Origin: Octopus vulgaris
Lineage: Eukaryota
Assembly: GCA_951406725.2 (NCBI GenBank)
Contig: OX597823.1
Coordinates: 82,894,001-82,958,000, forward strand
Direction of reading: 5' to 3'
DNA length: 64,000 nucleotides
The translations under genes and the position numbers were made by a program. Of the stretch, positions 14,493-28,313 are shown in pieces; positions within the stretch are counted from its first letter, which is position 1, and each line of letters begins with the position of its first letter. The notes under the pieces are model-generated. The model was not told where the DNA came from, did not search any database, and was given only the letters and a program-made list of their open reading frames with translations.

Positions 14493-16290
14493 TTTTCACG
14501 CCACCCCTAGGGCATTTTCAAGTCAGCAATCCAACTGACTTCTTTACCACTGCAGATATAAAATCGGAGGCAGCAATGATTGATTACATCAATATAAAGG
14601 AAGACGATGTAATAAAGGCTATTGATGAAATGAAAACAAACTCAGCTGCTGGCCCAGATGGATTCCCAGCGATCCTTCTAAAAGTATGTAAGAGAGTCCT
14701 AGCAAGACCACTGCAGTTCCTCTTTCAGAGCTTCCTTGCAACTGGCAAACTTCCAAGAAAACTGAAGAAAGGTAAAATATGCCCTATTCATAAAGGAGGT
14801 AGCAGAGCGGAGGCCAAGAACTACAGACCTATGTCTCTGACCTTACACATCAGCAAGGTCATGGAACGAATAGTCAGAAGGAAACTAATCACCTTCCTTG
14901 AAGAAAATGACTTGCTGCCTGACACCCAACATGGTTTCCGACCAGGAAGAAGCTGCTTAACTCAGCTCCTACAACACTATGACTGGGTGCTGAAACGACT
15001 GCTCAACCACTCAAATGTGGAAGTCATATATCTCGACTTTGCAAAGGCCTTTGATAAAGTCAATCATGGAATGATATGTCACAAACTGCGTGATCTTGGC
15101 ATAGTTGGAAAGTTGGGAGAGTGGCTTCATGACTTTCTGAAGGATAGAAGTCAGGTGGTAGTAGCCAATGTGGCCACTTCCACTAACACGCAAATAGTGA
15201 GCGGTGTTCCGCAGGGCACTGTTTTGGGACCACTACTGTTCATAATGGCCCTCTCAGACATACCCTCAGCCACGCAGAGAGCCACGATCACAAGTTATGC
15301 AGATGATACAAAAGTTTCACAGGCAATACAGAACCCTGAAGACACTAAGCACCTGCAATATGAGCTGGACAAAATATACAAGTGGGCTGAAAAGAATAGC
15401 ATGCAGTTCAATGCTGAAAAGTTTCAAGCTCTATGCTATCAGCACGCAAAACTAAATGCAATACCCAATAAATACACTGGACCTGGAGGGACTGCAATCC
15501 CAGAGGCACAATCAGTGTGAGACCTGGGTATTTACATGAGTGATGATGCAACCTTTCATGTGCATGCTGCTAAATTGGCAATGAAATGTAGGCGGCTGAC
15601 CGGATGGATTCTTAGAACCTTCAGAACAAGAGACCAGGAAACCATGATGGTCCTCTGGAGGACACTTGTTCTAAGCCACTTTGACTATTGCTCTCAGCTA
15701 TGGTCACCATCCAGTGTCAAGTTAATCACAGAACTTGAGGCGATCCAACGAAGCTACACGAAGAAGATAGCCTCTGCGCAGCATATAAGCTATTGGGAAA
15801 GACTCAAGAGATTGAGACTCTAGTCCTTAGAGCGTAGGCGAGAAAGATATGCCATCATATACATCTGGAAGATCCTAGAAGGCCTGGTCCCAAACTTTGG
15901 CATCGAGAGTTACACAAATGCCAGAACTGGGCGCCACTGCATAATGCCAAGGACTCCAAATTTGCCATCAAGATGTAGGACAAGATACTGTGATAGCCTG
16001 GGCTTCCGAGGCCCACAGCTCTTCAATATCCTCTCGAAGAACCTAAGAGACCTGCATGGGGTGGATGCAGATGTCTTTAAAATGAAACTGGATCCCTTCT
16101 TGTCAGGTATCCCAGATGAACCAACTTCACGGCAGGAGGTGCTGATGAGGGCAGCTACATCGAACTACTCATGCACCAAATGGCAATTGCTAAAAAGCAT
16201 TCGTGAAGTAAAATCATGTAGCAACACCAAATGGCGGTGCCCCAGCATGGCCACAGCTTGTGAGCTGAAACTAGATAAATAAATAAAATA
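14493..16290 (+). mobile_element. 5'-truncated CR1-group LINE (RT and 3' end)
   Basis: ORF 14576-15520 has AAGPDG, NYRPMSL, QHGFRPGRSC, YLDFAKAFDKV, SGVPQGTVLGP, SYADDT. It continues after a frameshift (15536-15823) and a stop through SLERRRER and GPQLFN, then a 3' hairpin tail and A-rich end. Confidence 0.93.
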
Positions 16291-16292
16291 AA

Positions 16293-16368
<76 letters not shown>

Positions 16369-16370
16369 CA

Positions 16371-16407
<37 letters not shown>

Positions 16408-16855
16408 GTATATATATATATCACCATATATATATATGTATATATATATATCACCTCTGTCGGATTATTTACGTCCCCGTACCTTAGCGGTTTTGGCAAA
16501 ATTACTGAATTTCTGATGCAATAATTATTACTTGCAAATTGATTTCTTTTAACTAATTTTTTTTCTCGAAACTTTACCGCTTTCTTTTCATTATTTTATT
16601 TTTCCTGGTTTTATAAACATTTAGACGTGCTGTTTGAGAGTATCTTTCGTTTGCTTAAGCCTTGTTTGTTTAAACCGTTCTCTATGATTGTCTAAATTTA
16701 CCAACTCCATGCTTGTTGATTAGCTTCGATATTGAATCCGAATTCTCTTTCTTTTGTTTTTCCACTAACGTCTCTTTTATATTTATTATTGTGATATTAC
16801 CATTTTTTACTGACCAATTCGGTAAAAGATTTATCGAAAGAGTTTAAAAAATCAC

Positions 16856-16997
16856 AAGAGGCTATAATTCGGCAATAGTATAAGAGGGGTAAACCCATCA
16901 AATCTATATTGATTCAATAAATGGTTGCTTAAATCTAGATACACATACCACTTATACTTGTTCTGCAACATGTACAGAAGGAAACTCAACCTGACAT
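16856..16997 (+). repeat. 142-bp direct repeat, copy 2
   Basis: Matches 12249-12390. Confidence 0.9.
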
Positions 16998-17359
16998 TTG
17001 GAACGTAAAAGACCTAACTCATGCATTTTTAAGTAGATTAAATTATCTATTTCTCTATAGCCTAGACACATTAGTTATCATTGTAAAGATCTACGCATTT
17101 CAGATCTCACAAAACGTTTTCATGGCAAACAGTTTAAGGGACTGTGACAAGCGTTAAAAAAGCCCAAACTAAAAAGTTAGTTGTCCCCAAACATTATCTG
17201 CTCCATTATTTCGACACTTCATGGCAGTATCTTGTACCATAGCTTCTGGCTGCTCTACGCCTTGTGAGAGAATCTGACAGAAACTATGTGAAAGCCCAAC
17301 ATACATGATGTGCGTTTTTGTGAGTGCCAATCTGCGTATTATGTTCCCACCATAATAGT

Positions 17360-17776
17360 GAGCGGTGAGCTGGTAGAAACGTTAGCACGCCAGACGAACT
17401 GCCTAGCGGTATTTCGTCTGCCGTTACGTTCTGAGTTCAAATTCCGCCGCGGTCGACTTTGCCTTTCATTCTTTCTGGGTCGATTAAATAAGTAACAGTT
17501 ACGCACTGGAGTCGATATAATCGACTTAATCCGTTTGTCTGTCCTTGCTTGTCCACTCTATGTTTAGCCCCTAGTGGATAATAAAGAAATAGGTATTTCG
17601 TCTGCCGCCACGTTCTGAGTTCAAATTCCGCCGAAGTCGACTTTACCTTACATCCTTCCGGAGTCGATTAAATAAGTACCAGTTACGCACTGGGGTCGAT
17701 GTAATCGACTGAATCCCTCTAGCTGTCCTTGTTTGTCCACTCTATGTTTAGGCCCCTGGGGGCAATAAAGAAATAA
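17360..17776 (+). mobile_element. SINE family A dimer (one head, two bodies) inserted in an older family-B copy
   Basis: Second unit restarts at GGTATTTCGTCTGCCG (~17592). Flanks ATTATGTTCCCACCATA and ATTATGTGCCTACCACA resemble a decayed TSD. Confidence 0.88.
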
Positions 17777-17904
17777 TTATGTGCCTACCACAGTTTGACA
17801 ACTTGTATTGGTTTGTTTACGTTCCCGTAACTTAGGTGTCCGGCCAGTGACCAATTCTACAAGTACTGCACGTAACAAAAAGAACTAAATACTACTTAGT
17901 CCGA

Positions 17905-18008
17905 TCAAGAAAACGGTTTCGATTTCAGTTCCAATGATCTTGTAATGTAGCCCTGGGCCTTGTAAGTGAATCTGGTAGAAGGAAATTGTGTAGAAGCCTC
18001 TCATGTGC

Positions 18009-18040
<32 letters not shown>

Positions 18041-18305
18041 TTGTGTGTGTGCGTGTATGTGTACGTGTATGTGTGTGTTTGTGTATATGGGTGCGTGTGT
18101 GCCGTTGGGTTTATCTTGTGTCCCACTAAAGCTTCACAACCAGAGTTGGTTAGTTTACGTCCTGTAACTCTGACGTTGGACAAGAGTCTAATACAATAAA
18201 CACAAGATTTCTAAAGAATAGGTGCTGGGGTTCGATCTGTTGGACTAAAACCTTTCAGGCACTGCTCCTGCATGGCCGTAGTCTATTTACTGTAACAAGT
18301 ACAAG
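17905..18305 (+). mobile_element. SINE family B, diverged
   Basis: TAGCCCTGGGCCTTGTAAGTGAATCTGGTAGAAGGAAA, internal TG repeat, tail GCATGGCCGTAGTCTATTTACTGTAACAAGT. Confidence 0.7.
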
Positions 18306-18781
18306 GTGAAACCTAAAAGGTAATGTTTCTTTAAAAAATTGTTTTACCTATTTTTAAAACAATATTTAAATGCTTACCTTAAAATTCCACGCTAATACAC
18401 ACTGACCGCTGGTCATGAGATGTCTTATCTCTATACTCATTCCGATATATCGCTACATCCTAAACCGCTGTATTTTGGAATGCAACGGATAATCTTATAC
18501 CACCTCTATGTAGAACTTCAGACTCATTCGTCTCTTCTATAATCCATATGTTGTCTGCCCCATGAGACTCTGCAGAGATATGTATTTTCCCTAGTTCTTC
18601 TTTCCCAATATGCCACGCACTTTGTGTGCTGTCCATTTTCATGTTTCTTCTGCAGATATCACAGCTGTTTAAGAGAAATATTATTCGTATCAAACTGGGG
18701 AATATCAGACGACCGAATATTCCAGACCGAAGAATTTATACGAGCGCAAACACATACACACACACATACACACACAGATTA

Positions 18782-18794
18782 TATAGACAGACAA

Positions 18795-18872
<78 letters not shown>

Positions 18873-18995
18873 GGATGGATGGATGGATGGATGGATAGAG
18901 AGGTAGATAGATAGATAGATAGATAGATAGATACATAGATACATAGATACATAGATAGATGGATATATAGATAGATATATAAATAGATAGATAGA
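18782..18995. repeat. (GATA)n/(GGAT)n microsatellite
   Basis: Directly visible. Confidence 0.95.
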
Positions 18996-19039
18996 TGCAT
19001 ATAAGCATATGTGTTTATGTATATGTGTGTGTACATATA

Positions 19040-19256
19040 TATTGGTTTCAAATTTTGACACAAGGCCAGCAACTTCGGAGGTGGGGAACAATCGATTACG
19101 TCGACTCCAGTACTCAACTGGTACTTGTTTTATCGACATTGAATAGATGAAAGGCAAAGCCGGTCTCCGCGGAATTTAAACATAGAACGTAAATTCGGAC
19201 GTGATACCACGAGTTGCTACAGCCAGGTGTTAACTATTCTGCGACCTCGCTGCCTT
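19040..19256 (-). mobile_element. SINE family A (GGCCTTGTG...TTTGAAACCAATA tail type)
   Basis: Family-A body and head with an alternative 3' tail. Confidence 0.78.
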
Positions 19257-19815
19257 TTATACAAATATATAATTACATGTACTGAAAAGTGTTATCGGTT
19301 CTAAAGAAAAAAAGCACTATTAGAATTTTCGTGACATTGTTTTCTTGGCCATAAATTATCAAGAGTTGAATTTTCTTTTGTCACTTGGTTTTCTTTTCTT
19401 TTTTGTTCTTTTTATTTTGTGCAAGTGACAGAATATTTGATCTATGGATCTATAGATATGTAAGTGTCAAAATTCAATCTAACGTGAGTCACAGAATAAA
19501 TATGTCGCATATTTTGACCAGCAGAGCTATAATCATACCACCTTATAAATTATTCTGTTCACATATACTGTATATAAATAAAGCCAGATTTTAGAACAGG
19601 ATATCAAAAATAAATATGTTTTTGAGAGAATGAAAATAAGATAAACAGTGGCTTAAGAGAAAACGGTGAGAATAAAATATTTTATAGCATAGAAAAGTCA
19701 GTCACTATAAAAGAAATGTTATTTTCTGGCAACCTTTTTTGCAGCACGGCGTAGAAAGCAATCTTTCCTCGTCGGAGCTCTTAAAATATATAAGCGTATT
19801 ACATGCATATATATT

Positions 19816-19924
<109 letters not shown>

Positions 19925-19926
19925 AG

Positions 19927-19979
<53 letters not shown>

Positions 19980-21896
19980 ATATATATATGGAGTTTTACG
20001 TTATATTTCTAGATTCTAAGGGTTATACCCCTTTTTTCAGGTCATGTGGAAAAAAGAGGAATAGAACAATATTGTTACTCAGATGTGTGTATAGAGGGGG
20101 GAAGCTGCCATGTGCAAACTGCTATTGCTATCGTGACCAGTCTGCTTCATGTAGTTCTTTTCTGCTCTTTAAAGCTGGTCCCAGTTTGTTGATAAGGAGG
20201 ACCTACATGATCCTTAGATTGCCGCTGTTGCGTTAATCAACAGCGACAATCTCAGAGTCACGGACGCCCTCCTCAACGTTTCATCCCAAATACTCCCTGT
20301 ATATATATATATATATATTTGTACGCATGTATATATGCATGTATGTACGTATGTATGTGTGTATGTATGTATATATGTATGTATGTATAGTTAAAAGCAT
20401 ATACATACACACACATATATTTATACGCACATACGCACACATATATATGTAAAAAGAGAGAAGGAGATTGCCAGAGTAGATTGTCAACATTTGATACAAT
20501 AAATATGCAACATGTCTGTGTGTATGAGTGTATGGTCGTGCACGTATATGAGTGTGTAATAAGTTCATTTGTATGTGTGTTTATTTTAACAGCCATAAAA
20601 CCCTGTGTTATGTCATGGAGCGTAACATCAGCTATTCGATACACACAAATCAATAAAACAAAAGCAACAGTGTGAAATATATACCTGAGTTGTAACGTTC
20701 CTTTTGCTCCAGTATGGTTACAGTCCACTGGCCTAAGCCAATAAAACGATAAAAGTATTTAGAATAAAAAAAATATTTACTGCATAATATGTCTACATAT
20801 TTTAACACTTCAACACGTCATCTTAAAAATATATCCTGTAACTTTATCTCTGTAGTGAGATAAATTTATATTCTTACTAGACCTATATGCAGCTAGTTGA
20901 ACGAAGGCAATGAGATAGAAGATTTATTACACACGCTTGTTCTATTTATTTTTCCGCCTGTGTTTAATCATGCGAAAAAACGAAGCCAACGTTAACGATT
21001 GCCATATACATCTTTCAACTTAAAAGAAACACTTAATAGTTATCGCTTGTTACAGGTGATGCACTTTCCTTCATCATAAAACAACACTAAACATTGCTTG
21101 CATAAAGCAACACCGGTTATTAGGCAACTGTTTTATTTATTTATATGACCGGCACTTTTATTTAGAGCTATATATTTTCTCAGTTGTCGAAAATTTCTAG
21201 TTTAAAATAGTTGCTGCTTAGCCCCAGGTCAACCTCGAGAGAGAAACATCTTTGTATTCCACAAATGAGAATCCCTTTTTGTTATGTTTTGCTAGGCTGG
21301 CATTATCCAAAATAGTATTCCCTGTTTCATGCAATAAAATTAAATTTGAATGCCATTTTACACTCAAAGCAAGCTCTGCTGTCAGAGATGTATATGAAGT
21401 TGAAGTTTACCTGTGTTACGGTCTGAACCGTAACACAGGCAACCTTCGTATAAAGAAGCCTATCCTAATTACCATGCTAAAACCAGCATTAAACATGACA
21501 AGAACTATAATATAAGACCAATATAACACCATTCTGCTTATATTTGTACCCCTTCCAACATATCTAAGTTACGCTGATAGATTCACTCCATCTCCCATTT
21601 CTCCATAAACCGAGAAATCAGATAAAACTTCAACTGCTGGTCTGTCTCTACGTTTGTAGCTCGCTTTTGTATTTCATTTCACATTGTTTCGGCCTTTACG
21701 TTTTAATTAACATGTGTGTGTGTGTGTGTGTGTGTACGTGTGTGTGTATGCACCCGCGTGCGCGCATGTGTATGAGTGTGTACGTGTGTGTATTTATGAA
21801 TTGGATAAAACATAGCACGTTCCTAACTAGACTATTAGTCATCAATTGCAAAATAGAATACACACACATAAATACACACACGCACACATGCACACT

Positions 21897-21934
<38 letters not shown>

Positions 21935-22006
21935 CTCACACATACACACACACATACATGTATACATATGTACATATGCGTGTGTTTGTTTTTGTATGTG
22001 TGTGTA

Positions 22007-22040
<34 letters not shown>

Positions 22041-23536
22041 TGTCTGTATCAGAATTAGATTTTGCATGATTTCGACCTGTACCAGTTGAACCTCGAATGA
22101 TATTTGATATAGTTTGAACCAGCACCAGCTGAACTTAGCTTAGCTTATTGATGCTTATTGCGTCTTTTATGATGTAAATGTAAATCTACCTTGTGGCGCT
22201 GGAATGTCATCTTATTCTTCAGTGTTTCTTCTTCTTCATGTCATATTGGCAGACATCAGTCGCAATCGATCATAAGCATCTTCAAAAGAATGTCGGTCTT
22301 CATGACCCCGATCTTTATTTTTTTCTTTACAACTTGTATATATATATATATTATATTAAATTAGAGATAAAACCACTATTAGGCAAATCAAACAGTGAAA
22401 ATCATAAGCCAATACATAGAAATAAAATTAATTTTAAAAATATAAAAGTTAAAATTTATATTCTTTTCTAGAATGTATTGGAATATCCTTCAAAGATGAA
22501 TTCCAAAATATCGGTTCTATCTTACCTGTAAATTCCATACGCCCTTACGGCATAACGTTTACGTCACTGCTTGAATCAGTAGTATTACATTTTGCCAGAT
22601 ATTAGAAGCTGACTCTTGTTCTTCTGTATTGATCTCGACTTAGCTCATATCCATTTCGTAGTTTCTTTTCTCAGACAGTGGAATGCAATTTGAGGGAGAT
22701 TTGGCAGCTATTTTAAGCGCGATTGCTGAGTACACAAAGCAAAGCTCTTTTGGATGCATATAGATCCATAAGCCAGCAACTTCCAAATAATACAAATTTC
22801 TATTATCATCAATGACTTCCATCTTGGACTATCACGTCTATTTCAAACACCCTGAAATATTATCTCAATTGTTATTTACTAAGACAGCGTATAATTTAAG
22901 AGAGATTCAGATAGCATCTTGCGCACATCGATGGACGTTGCATAGGTCTCCTTCTTTGAACTCTGTGTCTGAAGGAACTTGATTAAATTCCGATAGCTAT
23001 TTATTCTACTGTTTCTTGTCTGTTTTGTTTTTCGTTTACCCATCGTCATTTAAACAGTTCTGACGATTTACATGTTGTAGCATAAATTCTAAAATGGATA
23101 CAGAGGTTACTGTGTAAACTAGAAGTTCACTTCGCAAATTCGCAAATTCCGGTTCCATTCAATAAAGCCGCAACCTTGCCAAATGTCTGCTCGTAAAACC
23201 TTCATACAAAACATTATGTGTTTGTTGGCTGAATGCAGAAGAAACTACGACTCATATTTTCTACTGAAACACTTCATCAAGATAGCGTGTTATGTTAACA
23301 ATATACACCTGATCGGAATGCTTCCAAACATAAAGAAGAAAAGATACAAAAGAAAGGAAGAAAGAAAAAGCGATGATCATTAGCAGTTGGTTTTATTACA
23401 TGAGAGAAAAGATTCGGTAACTAATTAATCATTTACTGTTGTAAATTTCAGAATAATTACGACTAGAAAATTCATCAACAGTAATTACCATCTGGCTTTT
23501 GATCGCTGTCAAACAAACTATCTTAGTCTTAATGTG

Positions 23537-23780
23537 AAGGCGCATGGTTTAGTGTTCAGTATGTTGGACACACGATCGTAAGATTACGGTTTCGATTCCT
23601 GAACCAAGGGATGCTTTATGTTTTTTAGTAAAACATTTCATTTGACATTGCTTCTTCCCACTGATCTGGCAAAAGTGAGTAATCCTGCGACGGACTGGCG
23701 TCCCGTCCAGGAAGCGATATATACGCCAGAGAAACCAGGAACCCAACCTTATGCTCCTTACGGAGTGATGTGGACTAACC
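23537..23780 (+). mobile_element. SINE family D
   Basis: AGGCGCATGGTTTAGTG...GTTTCGATTCCTG...CTGCGACGGACTGGCGTCCCGTCCAG. Confidence 0.8.
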
Positions 23781-23849
23781 AATGTAACGAGACGATCAGT
23801 AGGTAAACAATGTTAATTTGTATGTGTTGGGGATGTTATTCGTAAAGAC

Positions 23850-24960
23850 CTGGTTGTAATTTATATAAAAGGCAATTGTGAAGGCAAATATTTGACCAAC
23901 GAATAGGAACATGAAGATAGCTTTTCATTTAGACAAGCTAGTATTTTCAAAAGTTTTATTCGGCAAACGACAATCTTCTTTCAGAATTCATATTAATGAA
24001 AATACTTGTGACGCAAACTGTTTATGAAGTGCCTGAGTTAATTGCAAACAAAGTGAAACCTTTTATCGACGTAGAGTTTGTTAAAGAGCGTATAGATGAT
24101 GTTGCACGAATTTTTACCGAAAGCAAGTTTGTTTGCTTGAGAATTATTATTTAACACAGATAATAGTTTCTGGTTTATATAAGAGGCATTGTCAAATATA
24201 TTGAAATATCCTTAAAATATATTGGTTTCAAATGTTTTCAGAAGACCACCAAATTCGGGAGCAGGGTGAAGTCGATTGAATCGATCTCAGTAATCAACTG
24301 ATACTTATTTTATCGATCCCGAAAAGGATGAAAGGTCAAGTCGAACTCGGTGGAATTTGAAATCAGAACATACAGCTAGACGAAATGCTGCTAAGCGTTT
24401 TACTCAGTGTGCTAACGATTCTGCCAGCTGGTTACCTTCATATTGCTTAAGAACCTATGTTTGATTAGTGTTCATGAAACAACAGATATAGTAAATATAG
24501 TCGATTTAGTTACACTTGTATGTGAAATATAGACATTTTAACGATATGAGAAGAATTGGTGCACGGCTCTGAGAGAGGTGACTACCTTCATTTTTGTCTC
24601 CGGAATCATATTGAAAATTACTGGATTCGATTTACTTAGCGAAAGATTTAACGGTGCAGTTACAGACAGTATGATTTTTATGGTAGGATGGCAAAAAGCT
24701 GCTTTAAATAGTAATTGAAGAACTATGAATTGGACCTCAATAGTGAATCATTGACTTACTCATCAACGAAATATATGTACATATTCTTTAAGAATGGGCA
24801 ATTTGATAAAGGTATCAAAATGTATTAAATTCATAAAGAAAAACAATAAAGTAACATAGAAGTTAATTTAACGATTTGAAGCGTTTAGAAGAGGGAGATG
24901 GTGATTATCTTTACAATTGTGAGATTTCTTTGGATAAAAATGGATCCATTCTTAACTACT
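23850..24960 (+). pseudogene. Ancient hAT (Charlie/SPIN/GTF2IRD2-like) transposase remnant, split by a SINE
   Basis: Plus-strand peptides ELIANKVKPFIDVEFVKERI (cf. IAKxxKPFxxGEFIKE), VHETTDIVNIVDL (cf. LDESTDxxDxAQL), VTD...MVG and H*LTHQ (cf. HCxxH), in the expected order. Confidence 0.65.
24220..24438 (-). mobile_element. SINE family A nested in the hAT remnant
   Basis: GATCCCGAAAAGGATGAAAGGTCAAGTCGAACTCGGTGGAATTTGAA...GCTAACGATTCTGCCAGCT. Confidence 0.85.
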
Positions 24961-25477
24961 GCTATATAACTGCTTCATGAATACTAAAGCATTCCAATTT
25001 TGGAATTATCTATTATTATATTTGGTTCATATCGTTATCCACTTAAACCATATATGACTGATACAGCAAAAGATAAAAACGAATCAGTTTACTATCTCTC
25101 CCTTGCAATTATCAGGGGCGTTGAATCAGATGTTACCGACTTAATTAACAAAACACTACATAATATATGTTTTCAACATTGGGATAACAAAAGCCAGGAT
25201 TGTTGCTCTCGTATGCAAGAGAGTATTTCAATCTTTGAGATCAATTTTAAAAGAAACTGTGAGCCTTGCAAAAACCATGAGCTCGAACTTCGAAGATGCA
25301 AAACGCTATTACTAGTATTCCAGATGAAAAACCTGATATTTTGCACGTTTGTTAATTTGTTTACAATCAGATTATACTTTGATATTCTACTAGATAGATT
25401 ATACTAGATAGATTATACTAGATAGATTATCCATTTTCAAATTTTGTCTATGTTATGTACATATTACTTTTTTACTG

Positions 25478-25693
25478 TTTTACTTGTTTCAGTCATTTGA
25501 ATGTGGCCATGCTGGAGCACCGAGTTTAGTCGATCAAGCAAATCTTTGTAAGCCTAGTACTTATTCTGTCCGTCTCTTTTGCCGAACCGCTAAGTTACGG
25601 GGACGTAAAGACACCAGCATCGGTTGTCAAGCGATGTTAGGGGTACAAACACAGACACACAAACAAATACACACACATACATACATACATACA

Positions 25694-25787
<94 letters not shown>

Positions 25788-25959
25788 TATATACACGACG
25801 GGCTTCTTTCAGTTTCCGTCCACAAAATCCACTCACAAGACTTTGGTCGGCTCGAGGCTATAGTAGAAGACACTTACCGAAGATGCCACGCAGTGGGACT
25901 GAACCCGGAACCATGTGGTTCGTAAGCAAGCTACTTACCACACAGCCACTCCTACGCCT
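25478..25959 (-). mobile_element. SINE family B, near full length, with probable TSD
   Basis: Complete head to tail; flanks TTATGTACATATTA (~25453) and TTATGTACATGTTA (~25961). Confidence 0.9.
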
Positions 25960-27611
25960 ATTATGTACATGTTATGGACATATTTGCTTTGAGTAGTGCT
26001 TTGTAAATTGCATCACTATCGTCTGCCACTCAACGATATGACAAATATTTCTTAACCACTTGTGTGTTTTTACGGATAACGATGCTGGAAACCACAAAAG
26101 TGTTGCTACATGACCGGCCTCTATCTCACATTCTTGAAGCTTCTAAAATTCACCCCATCTCATTAAAATGCAAAATAAAATGTCTCATTTAATTTAAAAC
26201 AGTAAACTCTTTTATGCTTGATGATCCGTTAATTAAAGCATTATTACTAAATAGCTAATTAATGCACCATAACATTTTAATTAATGTTGCTTAGGTGAGA
26301 TCGCATGTGAATTTGTAAAATTAAAGATGTTAAGTTTTACTTGGTTTCGCTCAAAGTTTTCCATCAGATTGCTTTTCTTTTCTACGTTTTTTTGTCTTAA
26401 GCTCTATCAAAATGTAGAGGGGGGAAATACAAAAAAAAAAAAAAAAAAAAGGGAAGAAAGAAAATTGGTAAAGTTATAGTTTTGCAATATTTTTATGGAA
26501 GCAAAAACTTTAATGCCACCAATGCATTCGGCATCAAACGAGGTTCTTTGAATAATTCAATGTAATTTAATAGCACCTTTTTATGTCATATTCTAAAAAG
26601 TATTACAGAAAACTGACTGCGCATGTGCGATTGCACAAACACACATATACTTGGGGTGGAATTGATTTCTGAGTATCCGACAACGTTAGCTTTCTTCTTT
26701 TTCTTTTCTATTAAAAATAATTTGGTTTGTTAAATATTAATTATTTTCACTTATGCGTCTTATCTCAATAGATCGTACTAGAAAAGTATTTCTTTAAAAA
26801 ATTTAAGTACGAGCAATCTGGTTTGTTTTATATTAGCAAAAGCTAATAAAACTTGTAAAATAAAATACAATCGTAAGCTGCAACGAGACGGGAATTCAGA
26901 AATTTCTCGAAAATAATGGAATATGTGTCACAAGGGATACGACATCTTATTGATATCGAACTAAAGAAAACGTTTTTTGACAAAGTGAACTCATGTTAAT
27001 TATGCATTGCCAAATGTTACACAATGTCAAACATAATTCCAATAGTGTTCTGTGATAAATTTTTTGTGAGAGTCTAGAATAATAAATGTTATAACAATGT
27101 GCTATAGTTTTTTGATCGATACAGAAGCATACTTTCCCGTTATGTCTTTCAACTAAACTGTTGGTCGTTAACCATGTTTTAGCTTCGTGACTTCATAATA
27201 ATTTGATTTCGTTTTTTCTTTCTCCAGACAAAATTTTCTAGGAAGAACTTTCATTTTATAACCAGCATGACTGTTTTTCGTTTCGTTCGTGTTTGTTTGG
27301 CTGGTTAGTGTTTTATTTGATGCTTGATAAGGTTTCCTGTTTTATGACATTTAAATGTGTTTTTGTCTTTTGTCTTTTAACCTGCTTCAGTCATTGGACT
27401 GCCGCCATGCTGGGGCACCGCCTTGAAGGTTTTATTCACAGATCGACCTCAGTGACATTTTGCAAAGCCTGGTAGTTATCCTATAGGTCTCTAGCTGAAT
27501 CGCTAGGCTACATAAACGTAAACAAACCAACTCCGGTTTTCAAGCTGTGCTGCAGGACAAAGACAGACATAAATACAATATACACACACAATGACATATG
27601 TGTATGTGTGT

Positions 27612-27935
27612 GAAGGCGCATGGCTCGGGGATAAGAGCGTCGGGCTCACAATCATGAGGTAGTGAGTGAGTTCAATTCCCGGACCGAGTTGTGTTCTTGA
27701 GCAAGACACTTTATTTCTCGTTGCTTCAGTTCACTCAGTTGTAGAAATCAGTAGTGATGTTAGTGGTGCAAAGTTGAAAAGGCATTTGCTTTTCCCTTTG
27801 AAAACATCCATGGTATGAAGGATGGTATGCATGGGTGGATGCTGGTCTTCCATAAACAATTTTGACCGGACTTGTGCTTAGGAGGGGAACTTTCTTGGTG
27901 CAATCTCATGGTCATTCATGACAAAAGGAGATCTT
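27612..27935 (+). mobile_element. SINE family D-type head with a different 3' body
   Basis: GAAGGCGCATGGCTCGG...GAGTTCAATTCCCGGACCG..GTGTTCTTGAGCAAGACACTTTATTTC. Confidence 0.72.
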
Positions 27936-28175
27936 TACCCTCATGTGTGTGTATGTGTGTGTGTGTGTGTGTGTGTGTAGCATAATTGTCATGCATAAGC
28001 AGTGGGATGCAACGGTGACAAGGTTGTACCTTTTGAATTTGAAGTGCAATCGAAGGCTTTAGGAAATTGCATTTGTCCAAAATGTCATGCTGTGTGATCG
28101 AACTCAAGATCTCGTCATTGCGAAGCGAATCTCATAAACATTTAGACACACTGCGCCAACGATAGCAATTTGCCT

Positions 28176-28313
28176 CTTTGAGCCCGTAACACCAGTTTAA
28201 CGGTGGATGGCTTATTCTTCTCTATAACGTAGCACCGCTCTATACCGTTACACCGGTGGAGTGTCAGGTATATGGTAAAATAAGTTTTAGTAGGTCAGGG
28301 CTCAAAGGGTTAA
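28176..28313. mobile_element. Possible piggyBac-like MITE remnant
   Basis: Inverted termini CTTTGAGCCC / GGGCTCAAAG; right end AGGG followed by TTAA. Left TTAA not preserved. Confidence 0.4.

Noticed and set aside
18376-18665. Possible minus-strand host exon (AG acceptor near 18665, GTAAGC donor near 18378)
   Set aside because: All three frames contain stops between the sites; more likely an old LINE fragment or chance.
25000-25407. 135-aa ORF
   Set aside because: No recognisable motif and no ATG start; within chance expectation and ends in a 14-bp tandem repeat.
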